Positions 45,507 to 55,095 of a DNA stretch of 64,000 nucleotides are shown here, in pieces. Position numbers and translations under genes: made by a program. The notes beneath the pieces were generated by a model. The model saw only the letters and a list, made by a program, of their open reading frames with translations, was not told the origin of the DNA and made no database searches. How positions within the stretch are numbered: position 1 is the stretch's first letter; the number at the start of each line of letters is the position of its first letter. This DNA comes from a bacterium (GTDB taxonomy: Bacteria > UBA8248 > JACPRG01 > G963555815): contig CBDHDG010000004.1 in NCBI GenBank assembly GCA_965261595.1, positions 512,001 to 576,000 of the forward strand, written 5' to 3'.

Positions 45507-46700
45507 TCATTCCCCCCGATCCCTCCAGAACCGGCAGTAGGCGTGATACAGGAGCGACGAGGCGTTTTTCCGCCAACACCGGAGAGAATCTTTCCCTTCG
45601 TGCATCAGGCAGAGGTTGCACGAGGTGCAATCGACGAGCCCGCGTCGCCCGTTTCGGATCTGGTCCACGATATCGGGTTCCCGAATATAGGTCCGGGCCA
45701 TGGCCAGAAAGTCGGCGTCGCCCGAAGAGAGGACCCGCTCCATGGTTTCCGTTGTCCTCAGCCCGCCCACGAGGATCACGGGAATCCCGAGCCGCTTCTT
45801 CATGGCCCGCGCGTACGGCAGAAAGTACGCCTCTCGGCCCGGAGGGGAAGCCAAGCGGTGAAAGAGCCAGTCCCGCGCGGCCCTTCCAGGACCGACGCCG
45901 ATGTATTCCCCGCAACTGTCGCTCTCCTTCTCCATCACGCCGCAAGAGACCTCGATGGCGTCCAGCCCCATCTCCTCCAGCGCAGCGGCCAGATCGACGC
46001 TCTCCGCGACGGTGAGACCCCCCTCGACGGTATCGGCCACGCCCAGTTTCAGCGTCACGGGGATGTCCGGACCCACGACCTCGCGGACCTTCCGGTACAC
46101 CGCAAAGAGAAACCGGCTGCGGCGCTCCGGGTCGCCTCCCCATTCATCCTCCCGGCGGTTGGCGTGGGGCGAGTTGAACTCGCTGGCGAGATACCCGTTC
46201 GCGCTGTGGATGTGAACCCCATCGAATCCGGCTTCGACCGCCCGGTTCGCCCCTCTTCCGAACGCCTCAATCATCTCCTCGATCTGCCGGGGGGTGATCT
46301 CGGCCGGCAGGCGATCGGTCAGGGCGTTGGGGATGACCGAAGGGGCGATGGGCGTGACGGCGGGAACACGGCACTGGCTTCCCGTGTGGGCAAGCTGGGC
46401 GAAGATCCTTCCGCCCTCCCGGTGGACCGTCTGGGCCAACTGGGTGAGGCCGGGTGTGAGGTCGTCATCGTAGATGCCCGTCTGCCGGTGAAAATACTGG
46501 CCCGACGGGTGGATGTAGAGGTGGCAGGTGAAGAGGAGTCCCACACCGCCTCGGGCAAGGTCCCGGTAGAGTGTCTTGAGGTCCTCGGTGACCTCCCCCC
46601 GATCGGAGGCCATGGTCTCCGAGGTCGCCGCCCGGATGAAGCGGTTCTTCAGCGTCAATGAGCCGATCCGGCCCGGTTCGAAGAAGGTGGTTGCCGTCAT
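45507..46700 (-). CDS. NADH:flavin oxidoreductase (old yellow enzyme family)
   Basis: LKNRFIRAAT, QLAH, AGFDGVHIHSANGYL, NRREDEWGG, CTSCNLC. Confidence 0.92.
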   Translation of the reverse strand: MTATTFFEPGRIGSLTLKNRFIRAATSETMASDRGEVTEDLKTLYRDLARGGVGLLFTCHLYIHPSGQYFHRQTGIYDDDLTPGLTQLAQTVHREGGRIFAQLAHTGSQCRVPAVTPIAPSVIPNALTDRLPAEITPRQIEEMIEAFGRGANRAVEAGFDGVHIHSANGYLASEFNSPHANRREDEWGGDPERRSRFLFAVYRKVREVVGPDIPVTLKLGVADTVEGGLTVAESVDLAAALEEMGLDAIEVSCGVMEKESDSCGEYIGVGPGRAARDWLFHRLASPPGREAYFLPYARAMKKRLGIPVILVGGLRTTETMERVLSSGDADFLAMARTYIREPDIVDQIRNGRRGLVDCTSCNLCLMHEGKDSLRCWRKNASSLLYHAYCRFWRDRGE

Positions 46701-46773
46701 CTCCCGCGCCTCCCCAAAGGGCCACTTCCCTTCCACGGCTCACCGAGCCCACCGTCTGACAGAGCCCACCGGC

Positions 46774-47481
46774 TCATAGGGCGCGAAGGATGCTCTCTTT
46801 CGCGTTGAGAACATGACGCTCCATGGTTTCCGCCGCCTTGGCGGAATCCCCCGACTCCAAATACCGGAGGATCTTCCGATGCTCCTTGTACGCCATGGAG
46901 ACCGGCCGCCGGACCTGCGCCACGTCCAGGTGAATCACGCGCTCCATCCGGTCGAGGACCTGTTCCGTGGCGTCGAAGAGGAGGCGGTTTTTCGCCGCTC
47001 CCGCGATGAGCTCATGGAATCGGCGATTCAATTTCGGGAACTCGGTCAGGACGCCCTCGTCCTCGAATCTCGACGTGGATTCCACGACCCTGCGCAGGGC
47101 CTCCAGCTCTTCCTTGCCGATCCGCTTGGCGGCCAGCCCGGCCGTCCCCCGCTCGATGACGCACCGAAGCTCGAGGGTCTCGAGGACGTCCTGCAGACTG
47201 ATGGGCGAAATCTGATACCCGCGGCCGTGGAGGGACTCGACAAACCCGCCCCGTTGAAGTCAGGCCAGAGCCTCCCGCACCGGGGTCTTGCTGACCCCGA
47301 ACCGATCGGCGAGACTTCCCTCCAGAATGATTTCGCCCGGGGGGAACTGGGTCCGGATGATCTCCTGCTTGAGCTCGGAATAGACCCGCTCTTTGAGCGA
47401 CAGGGCCGAGCCCGCCCCCGTTTGTGACCTCAAGCCGCGCCCCCTTCGGCGCGGCGTTCTCGTGCGGGTCGCGTTTTTCAT
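46774..47481 (-). pseudogene. GntR/FCD transcriptional regulator with in-frame TGA
   Basis: LADRFGVSKTPVREALA-TGA(47260-47262)-LQRGGFV, continuing in frame into the FCD domain (FHELI, EHRKI). Confidence 0.8.
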
Positions 47482-47687
47482 TTCCGACCGATCTCAGCCC
47501 TCGGGATGAAATCCGCCATGGGTCATCCCCCGGGCAAAGCAAGACTTCCGGGAACGGCCCGATTGCCGGGGCCCCCGGTTCGCGCCCGCACCGGACTCCC
47601 GGACGCAAGGACGCATGACCCCAGGGCGCAAAGCGGATCCTTTCGCGATTCTCCAGCGGAATTATAACACTGGTCGAAGGGCGAGAA

Positions 47688-47715
47688 ATATCTTGAGCTA
47701 ATATCAGAAAGATAT
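47688..47715. promoter_or_regulatory. possible operator in the divergent gntR / rid intergenic region
   Basis: ATATCTT-N14-AAGATAT inverted repeat in an AT-rich patch. Confidence 0.3.
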
Positions 47716-47784
47716 GTATACTATTTTTCAGTTCGTTCGAATTTCAGCCATCTTCACCCAACCCATCCAAGGCGGAGGCTGACT

Positions 47785-49050
47785 GTGGGCAAAGAACTGA
47801 TCGAGGCGGATTCCGCGCCGAGGTCCCTGCTGCATGCCCCTCAGGCCGTGCGCAGCGGACCCCTTGTCTTTGTCTCGGGTCTCTACGCGACGGACTTCCA
47901 GACGGGCATCCCCGTCCACTCCAACCCGAACTTCCCCTTCGCGGGGAAAACCGACATCGAGCTTCAAACCGGGTACATCCTGGACAACCTTCAGACGATT
48001 CTCCGCGCGGCCGGGACGGACCTGGACCAGGTGGTCAAGACCGAGGTCTTCCTGACCGATCCCCCCCTGCTTCCCTGGATGGAGGAGGTCTGGCGGGAGC
48101 GGTTTCCCCGGGCCCCCCCGGCCCGGACCCTCATCGAAGTGGGAGACGAGCACATCATTCCCGGGGCGCTGATCGAGGTCTACGCCATCGCCGTCGTCCC
48201 GGACGCGAATACCCGCAAAGAGGTCATCTCGCCCGCGGGTTTCCCCAACGTCCGCGAGCACTGCTCCCCGGCCGTAAAGGCCGGTCCCTTCCTGTTCCAC
48301 TCGGGCCTTCCCGCCACGGACTTCGAGACCGGCATCCCCGTCGGGAAAGATCCAAAATTCCCTTATTACCGGAACAACGCCGAGGACCAGGCGGAGTACG
48401 TCCTGTCCAACATGGAAAGATGCGCCCAGGCCGCGGGGACGACGCTTCAGAACGCCGTCAAGTCACAGCACTATCACGTGGACCGCAACGATTTCCACGA
48501 TATCGACCGCGTCTGGAAAAAGTACATGAACGTTCCGCCGCCGCGAAGCTCGATGGAGATCAAGGGGTTCATGGTGCCGGGGGCGCTCACAACGGCCAAC
48601 CTGATCACCCTCATTCCGGACGAAACCCACCAAAAGCGGGAGGTTCTGTACGACGAGCAGTTTCACCCGGGCATGCGGGGCGTGCATTTTTCGCCAGCTG
48701 TCGAGGCGGGGGAATGGCTCTTCCTGGCGGGTCAGGTCGCCAGCGACTTCAAGGAGCCCGTGTACGGCGTCCACCCGGGAATGCCCCACCACGGTGTCGA
48801 CATCGCGATCCAGACCGAGTACACCCTGAAGAACCTTCAAGCGCTCCTGGAGCACTGCGGGGCAACGCTCGACGATGTCGTCGCGGCCCACATCTACCTC
48901 CTGGAGCCCAGGAGAGACTACCGGGGCTTCGAGCGCGTCTGGCGCCGATTCGTCCCCGACAATCCCCCCGCCCTGACGGTCATTCCCAGTACGGGGATCA
49001 TGTTCCACGGCCCGTTGATCGAGATCGATTTCATCGCGCGCAGAGGATGA
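47785..49050 (+). CDS. triple-domain Rid (YjgF/RidA superfamily) protein, partly Arg-type
   Basis: three repeats SPAV.AG..LF.SG/AGQ..Q..Y.L.N; PPART, PPRSS, PPALT. Confidence 0.85.
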   Translation: MGKELIEADSAPRSLLHAPQAVRSGPLVFVSGLYATDFQTGIPVHSNPNFPFAGKTDIELQTGYILDNLQTILRAAGTDLDQVVKTEVFLTDPPLLPWMEEVWRERFPRAPPARTLIEVGDEHIIPGALIEVYAIAVVPDANTRKEVISPAGFPNVREHCSPAVKAGPFLFHSGLPATDFETGIPVGKDPKFPYYRNNAEDQAEYVLSNMERCAQAAGTTLQNAVKSQHYHVDRNDFHDIDRVWKKYMNVPPPRSSMEIKGFMVPGALTTANLITLIPDETHQKREVLYDEQFHPGMRGVHFSPAVEAGEWLFLAGQVASDFKEPVYGVHPGMPHHGVDIAIQTEYTLKNLQALLEHCGATLDDVVAAHIYLLEPRRDYRGFERVWRRFVPDNPPALTVIPSTGIMFHGPLIEIDFIARRG

Positions 49051-49188
49051 AGAAGGCTCTGCGGGAGAGCCACCCGCCCCCGCGAGATCGTGCGTCCATT
49101 TTCCGGGAGGAATTCCATGAAACCGAAAGCCGTTTAGTCCAGTGGACCGCCCCTGGGTTATTGGACACTCGGGTGAGGGTATTCGACC

Positions 49189-50097
49189 TCATGCGGCCTC
49201 CGCAACTTGAGCGAGTTTTTCCTGCCTTGCCTGGGCCGGCGTTCGGTAGCCGTAGCCCTCGAGAATCCAATGATGGTTGTACAGGTTCTTGAACTCAAGC
49301 AGCGCCCACCGCAGTTCCTCTACGGTGGCGAAAGAGCGCACCCACAGGAGATTCTCCTTCAAGATGCGGATGAACCACTCACAGTAGCCATTTCCCTCGG
49401 GCGCCCGCACGAAGCTGGGCGAACTGGTCATGCCCAGGTAGGCGATCTCCCGCTGAAAGTCATCGGACAGATAGGCGGGGCCGTGGTCGTGACGAACTTT
49501 AAGCCCCTCGGCGACGTCCGCCTCCAAGCCGGCGAAGCGCTCGGCGACCCCCTGCCGGATCGGCTCCAGGGCCTCGAAGCGGTTGCCGCTCTTGGCCGCA
49601 TGGATCCCCACGCAGTCCACCGAGCAGTGATCCACCGCCACGAACACCGAGGCCATCCCCTCCTCGGTGGTCACCGTCGTCGTCATGTCCGTGCCCCACA
49701 CTCGGTCGGGCCGCTCGGTGCGGATGGTCCCGTTGTGGGCCTTGGGACCTCGGGGTTTGCCCACCCGGTGGGGGGCCTGAAGCCCCGCCTCCCGCATCAG
49801 GCGACGCACCCGCTCCTTGCTGGTGCGGATGCCCGCGAAGCGCAGCCTCGCCCACACCTTGCGGTAGCCCTCGCCATGGAAGGGAGAGTCCTCCAGGACC
49901 TGCCGGATGTGGCCGAGGAGTTCCGCATCGGTGCACGGGCCCACAGGGCCGCGCTTATTGGGCGTGGGGCGTTCATGAACGGGGACCGCCTCTCGCCGCC
50001 GTTGCGCGTAGACCGTGGAGCGCGCCAAGCCCCAAAGGGCGCACACCCGCTTCAGGCCGTAGGCTCTGCCCGTGGAGGTGAAGCGGGCCTGACTCAT
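49189..50097 (-). CDS. IS3-family transposase OrfB
   Basis: WGTDMT, RHDHG, NGYCE. Confidence 0.88.
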   Translation of the reverse strand: MSQARFTSTGRAYGLKRVCALWGLARSTVYAQRRREAVPVHERPTPNKRGPVGPCTDAELLGHIRQVLEDSPFHGEGYRKVWARLRFAGIRTSKERVRRLMREAGLQAPHRVGKPRGPKAHNGTIRTERPDRVWGTDMTTTVTTEEGMASVFVAVDHCSVDCVGIHAAKSGNRFEALEPIRQGVAERFAGLEADVAEGLKVRHDHGPAYLSDDFQREIAYLGMTSSPSFVRAPEGNGYCEWFIRILKENLLWVRSFATVEELRWALLEFKNLYNHHWILEGYGYRTPAQARQEKLAQVAEAA

Positions 50098-50480
50098 CGC
50101 CTCCACCTCCTGCCGGCTAAAGGGCGGCCGGCCTCCAGGCGGTCGATCTTCTCCCGCAGGACCTCGCCCTCCATCGTGAGTTCGCCCACCTTGGCCTTGA
50201 GCCGGGCGTTCTCCTCGTCCCGCTCATCCGCCGGGCGGGCTTTGAGCGCCGCCTCGCCCCCGCGAAGGAACGCCTCGCGCCAGGCGGAAAGCCGAGCCGC
50301 TGTCGTGCCCAACTCGCGGCAGAGCGTCTCCAGGCTCTCGCCCCGCAAAAGACGCAGGACCGCCTCCCGCTTGCGCTGGCAGGAGAACCGACCCCGCTCA
50401 CTGCGATGCCCTGGGGCCTTGGCTCCGTTCGCCCTGCGGGCGCCCTCCGCCAAAGCCCCCTCTTGCTTTTGTTCGTTCAT
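50094..50480 (-). CDS. IS3-family OrfA
   Basis: same protein as copy 1 OrfA. Confidence 0.85.
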   Translation of the reverse strand: MNEQKQEGALAEGARRANGAKAPGHRSERGRFSCQRKREAVLRLLRGESLETLCRELGTTAARLSAWREAFLRGGEAALKARPADERDEENARLKAKVGELTMEGEVLREKIDRLEAGRPLAGRRWRR

Positions 50481-50546
50481 CGCGACACCCCTTTCTCCAT
50501 GAATCATGGATCAATCGAGTGTCCAACAAAACCCTAGAGCGGGGGA

Positions 50547-50598
50547 CCAGCGCCCCACACCCCGGCGCATTACATGGTCTTTTGGCAGATCGAGGCAC
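50547..50598 (-). pseudogene. N-terminal fragment of a phage-type HNH endonuclease
   Basis: MPRSAKRPCNAPGCGAL resembles the MP...PC..PGC..L start of packaging-associated HNH proteins. Confidence 0.45.
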
Positions 50599-50667
50599 GC
50601 TTTGATCCCAAGTAATGATCCCAAAAGAAAGGGAATTATATAGATAAGTGGCACGCTCCCTGCTAGG

Positions 50668-50874
50668 CTAGGAGGGGCGTGAAAGGCTGGCTCTCTTGGG
50701 CTTCTCCAGGTAGGCGACTTCGACGGGACGGGTCAGGGCGCGCATGACTTCGGTCGGCGTGGGCACCGACCCGTCCGCGTTCCTCAGCACCGTCTGTTCT
50801 TCCTGCTCGGCCTTCGTCGGCTGGTACTCCGGGTGGGTCAGCTTGATAGGCTTCCGCTTGCCCTTGGTCTTCAT
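50668..50874 (-). CDS. small hypothetical protein (IS1595 passenger)
   Basis: GAGGAG RBS; 68 aa with YQPTKAE motif. Confidence 0.55.
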   Translation of the reverse strand: MKTKGKRKPIKLTHPEYQPTKAEQEEQTVLRNADGSVPTPTEVMRALTRPVEVAYLEKPKRASLSRPS

Positions 50875-50895
50875 CGGGTTTTCTCCTCGCAGGGA

Positions 50896-51647
50896 TCACT
50901 TGGCCTTGTTGGCATTCGACCACTCTTCTCCGCCTTTGCTGATCTTCGTCGTACTCATCCGGAAGATCATTTTCATGTCTTCGTTCAACTCGATTTCCCC
51001 TGAGGCCGTGATCGCGCAGGGCTTCCCCATAAAGCCTGTGATGCAGTGTTCGTTGAAGAACGAAATAAACTGCTGGCGATCTTTACGGCCCATCCGGTCA
51101 ATGAGCGTCTTCAGCTTGTACCCATCATCGTCGATGGTGATGTAGTCGTCCGCCGTCAGTTTTTCCTGAAGGTTCCGGGTTTTGCCGTCTACCGTGATCT
51201 CATGGCCGTACTTTGGAAAATCGAACGCATACTCGGACAGTTTGACAGGAACCGGTGCCGAGAAAGCTGGAAGCGTGAATGCAACCGCCAGGAAAGGCAA
51301 CAGTACGCCTATCGAGGCTGACGGGGTGCGATCCAAGAGTGCCAGGATGCCACCCAGCAAGGCGAGGGCCATGAAGATGGCGACAATCGTTCCGCCTACG
51401 ACCGCCGTGATGAGGGACACGACCACGAGCAGCCAAGCGGAGAGCTTGCCCTTGGCGGCAATGGTGGCGGTGCCGAGCCCGATGACCAAGAACGAGCAGA
51501 ACACGCCGGCCCAGCCGAGGCCGACTACCGTGCTTGCTCCTTCCGCTTCGAGGGCAGAGCCACCCCGCCCACGAACAGAGTGATGAAAGCGGCGATCACG
51601 CCCAAGGTGCCCGCTACGACTCCGATGATTCCTCCGGCCTTCTTCAT
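50896..51647 (-). pseudogene. membrane protein (IS1595 passenger), apparent 1-bp frameshift near 51562
   Basis: MKKAGGIIGVVAG...GGV joins GSALEAEGASTVVGLGWAGVFCSFL in another frame; multi-TM N-terminus and soluble C-terminus. Confidence 0.55.
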
Positions 51648-52066
51648 GTCATGCCTCCCGTTGGTTCGGATCAATGTCCCGGCGAGGTTGCCGGGACTCC
51701 CGTTGGATGCGTTCGGGTGCGAGACTAGGAAGGGTGGGCGGAGATGTCAACCGGAAACGCGGAGGTTGATGACCGGGAAGGTCGAGATTTTTTCACGGTA
51801 CACGTTGTGTCGTACAACGTCGCGTGCTCCATTCACATCACAACCCACGGGCGCACAAGAGGGTCAGAATCCTCTCGAACGGAAGGCGGTTTCGTGTTAA
51901 CAGTGGGGTCATGCCTCACGAGAGAGGGGGGGGTTGACCAATGCCGATCTTCATTATTGTGCTGGACGAAGATATTCCCGATGATGCCGTAGGGGCAGTC
52001 TCCCCCGCTCTAGGGTTTTGTTGGACACTCGATTGATCCATGATTCATGGAGAAAGGGGTGTCGCG

Positions 52067-52453
52067 ATGAACGAACAAAAGCAAGAGGGGGCTTTGGCGG
52101 AGGGCGCCCGCAGGGCGAACGGAGCCAAGGCCCCAGGGCATCGCAGTGAGCGGGGTCGGTTCTCCTGCCAGCGCAAGCGGGAGGCGGTCCTGCGTCTTTT
52201 GCGGGGCGAGAGCCTGGAGACGCTCTGCCGCGAGTTGGGCACGACAGCGGCTCGGCTTTCCGCCTGGCGCGAGGCGTTCCTTCGCGGGGGCGAGGCGGCG
52301 CTCAAAGCCCGCCCGGCGGATGAGCGGGCCGAGGAGAACGCCCGGCTCAAGGCCAAGGTGGGCGAACTCACGATGGAGGGCGAGGTCCTGCGGGAGAAGA
52401 TCGACCGCCTGGAGGCCGGCCGCCCTTTAGCCGGCAGGAGGTGGAGGCGATGA
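52067..52453 (+). CDS. IS3-family OrfA
   Basis: HTH and coiled coil; stop overlaps OrfB start (ATGA). Confidence 0.85.
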   Translation: MNEQKQEGALAEGARRANGAKAPGHRSERGRFSCQRKREAVLRLLRGESLETLCRELGTTAARLSAWREAFLRGGEAALKARPADERAEENARLKAKVGELTMEGEVLREKIDRLEAGRPLAGRRWRR

Positions 52454-53358
52454 GTCAGGCCCGCTTCACCTCCACGGGCAGAGCCTACGGCCTGAAGCGG
52501 GTGTGCGCCCTTTGGGGCTTGGCGCGCTCCACGGTCTACGCGCAACGGCGGCGAGAGGCGGTCCCCGTTCATGAACGCCCCACGCCCAATAAGCGCGGCC
52601 CTGTGGGCCCGTGCACCGATGCGGAACTCCTCGGCCACATCCGGCAGGTCCTGGAGGACTCTCCCTTCCATGGCGAGGGCTACCGCAAGGTGTGGGCGAG
52701 GCTGCGCTTCGCGGGCATCCGCACCAGCAAGGAGCGGGTGCGTCGCCTGATGCGGGAGGCGGGGCTTCAGGCCCCCCACCGGGTGGGCAAACCCCGAGGT
52801 CCCAAGGCCCACAACGGGACCATCCGCACCGAGCGGCCCGACCGAATGTGGGGCACGGACATGACGACGACGGTGACCACCGAGGAGGGGGTGGCCTCGG
52901 TGTTCGTGGCGGTGGATCACTGCTCGGTGGACTGCGTGGGGATCCATGCGGCCAAGAGCGGCAACCGCTTCGAGGCCCTGGAGCCGATCCGGCAGGGGGT
53001 CGCCGAGCGCTTCGCCGGCTTGGAGGCGGACGTCGCCGAGGGGCTTAAAGTTCGTCACGACCACGGCCCCGCCTATCTGTCCGATGACTTTCAGCGGGAG
53101 ATCGCCTACCTGGGCATGACCAGTTCGCCCAGCTTCGTGCGGGCGCCCGAGGGAAATGGCTACTGTGAGTGGTTTATCCGCATCTTGAAGGAGAATCTCC
53201 TGTGGGTGCGCTCTTTCGCCACCGTAGAGGAACTGCGGTGGGCGCTGCTTGAGTTCAAAAACCTGTACAACCATCATTGGATTCTCGAGGGCTACGGCTA
53301 CCGAACGCCGGCCCAGGCAAGGCAGGAAAAACTCGCTCAAGTTGCGGAGGCCGCATGA
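52450..53358 (+). CDS. IS3-family transposase OrfB
   Basis: DDE motif intact. Confidence 0.88.
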   Translation: MSQARFTSTGRAYGLKRVCALWGLARSTVYAQRRREAVPVHERPTPNKRGPVGPCTDAELLGHIRQVLEDSPFHGEGYRKVWARLRFAGIRTSKERVRRLMREAGLQAPHRVGKPRGPKAHNGTIRTERPDRMWGTDMTTTVTTEEGVASVFVAVDHCSVDCVGIHAAKSGNRFEALEPIRQGVAERFAGLEADVAEGLKVRHDHGPAYLSDDFQREIAYLGMTSSPSFVRAPEGNGYCEWFIRILKENLLWVRSFATVEELRWALLEFKNLYNHHWILEGYGYRTPAQARQEKLAQVAEAA

Positions 53359-53632
53359 GGTCGAATACCCTCACCCGAGTGTCCAATAACCCAGGGGCGG
53401 TCCAAGTCACCGAAAAAATCGAGGCGCACTACCCCAACCATTACGACTTTTCCAACAGGGTCTATCTTGTTTCGGGAGAGCTTACCGAGACGATTGCTGA
53501 AAACATCGGCATCAAGGGGGCTCAGCAGGTCGACGCCGCGACCGGCGCAGTCTTCAAGTTGAATGGCGCATATTCAGGCTACACGTCGCCGTCCCTTTGG
53601 GAGTGGCTTACGGAAGCTGAAAGTCGGAAGTA

Positions 53633-53860
53633 ATGGCGGTTCGGCGACCTCCCGGCGGACCCCCGCCACAGGAAGGCGACCGTGAGGATAGGGAAGATAT
53701 CGCAGTCAAAGTTGCCGTTCTTGGACAAAGAGTCACCGGCCTCCGCAATGATCTCGACAAGCATTATCCCACCAAGTTCCAGGTAGTCATGGGCGCGCTA
53801 GTCTCTATTGCCACGGCACTTTCCTTGGTCTTCGCATACCTCAAATGGATTTCCGCTTGA
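53633..53860 (+). CDS. small protein with C-terminal TM helix (IS1595 passenger)
   Basis: TAATG coupling to upstream gene; coiled coil plus hydrophobic tail. Confidence 0.5.
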   Translation: MAVRRPPGGPPPQEGDREDREDIAVKVAVLGQRVTGLRNDLDKHYPTKFQVVMGALVSIATALSLVFAYLKWISA

Positions 53861-53911
53861 TGCCATGGGCGGCTTGGATATCCGCTATAATTCCCCAGCC
53901 AAGCCGCCTCC

Positions 53912-54899
53912 CTAGAACACGTCGCTCCCCGGCGCGGTCAGCACCGGAGCGAGCTTGGGGGCAATCAGGTCATCGTACTTCAACCGCCGTCCGACCGTGC
54001 CCCGGAACACGGCGACCATCTGGGCAACCGTATCCTCATTCCGCAGATTGTGGCGTCCCGAGAACTCCGTCACGTACCTGTCCAGGTGCTCGGGACTCAT
54101 GCGGTGGTACACCCCGTGGTAGCCCCTCTTGAGCATGGACCAAAAGGACTCGATACCGTTCGTGTGGGCCTGTCCGTCCACGTACTCGCCCACGGAGTGC
54201 TTGACCGTCTCGTGGTTCGGCAGGCCGTAATACCCGCCGTGGTCATCGGTGTACACCTTCGCGTCGGGTGCCACCTGCCCCAAGCACGAAACCCTGCAAC
54301 GTGGGCGCGTCCGTCCTGTCTATCGTCATGGCGGTGACCCAGTTGGTGTCCCGGTCCTTCATGCCGATAACCGCCTTCTTGCCAACAGGCCCACGACCCT
54401 TGTTGATCTTCTTGACGCCATGCTTGTTGCGTTCCTTGCCACCCATGTAGGTCTCGTCTACTTCAACCGGTCCGGTGAACGCAAACCCTTCGTCATGCAC
54501 CCATGCCTCGCGGAGCCGGTGGGCAAGATGCCAGCTCGTCTTTTGAGTCCGGTTCAGGTCCCGGTGCAGCTTCATGGACGACACGCCCTTGAGGTTCGTA
54601 CAGAACAGGTACACGGCAATGGCCCACTCCCGATAGGTGACCTTCGACGATTCCATGACGGTGCCGGTCTTCACACTGAACTTCTGCCGGCATCCCTTGA
54701 CTTGGCACCGGTACGGCATGGTCTTGTGACCGGTCGGGTGCTGCACCTTGTCCGAGTCGCACACTGGGCAACGCGGGCCATCGGGCCACCGCACTTCGGC
54801 AATCCACTTCTCCGCCGTCTCGTTGTCGGGGAACATCTCGGTGAACTGGACGAATCCGAGTCCTACGCGGTGGGCTTTTCCAGGTGCTTTGTGTGCCAT
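53912..54899 (-). pseudogene. IS1595-family transposase with frameshift near 54280
   Basis: RWPDGPRCPVC Zn ribbon, VEVDETYMGG, then YTDD..Y, VKHS.GEY, HTNGIESFWS..KR in a second frame. Confidence 0.88.
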
Positions 54900-55095
54900 C
54901 TCCCTTGACCTCCTACAGATAATCCTATAGGAAAGTGGCACGGATGTTAAGGGGGAAATGCCACTTATCTATATAATTCCCCTTCGAATGTGTGCAAAAT
55001 GCACCGAACACAATTATAATCTTGTGAAGGCCCGACTGAAGTAGGTCAGTTGTGAAACGGTAAAGGGATGGAACAGGGAAGAAAGCTGAACGAAA

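Larger units (their letters stand above)
49143..50546 (-). mobile_element. IS3-family element copy 2
   Basis: same IRs, 1404 bp, flanks CCAG/CCAG. Confidence 0.92.
52001..53404 (+). mobile_element. IS3-family element copy 3
   Basis: same IRs, 1404 bp, TSD AGTC. Confidence 0.93.
51941..53633 (+). pseudogene. hypothetical gene split by IS3 copy 3
   Basis: MPIFIIVLDEDIPDDAVGAV joins in frame to TEKIEAHY...WEWLTEAESRK once the IS and one AGTC are removed. Confidence 0.7.
50631..54981 (-). mobile_element. IS1595-family element with passenger genes (contains IS3 copy 3)
   Basis: perfect 23-bp terminal IR GGGAATTATATAGATAAGTGGCA at 50631-50653 and 54959-54981 enclosing the transposase and cargo. 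Confidence 0.8.

Noticed and set aside
47260..47262. TGA in gntR as selenocysteine
   Set aside because: The position is not a Cys/redox site; CGA to TGA is the simpler explanation
49131..50598. Restoring the HNH gene across IS copy 2 using the CCAG duplication
   Set aside because: The join gives GCGALD* at once, so the rest of the gene was already lost or the 4-bp match is chance
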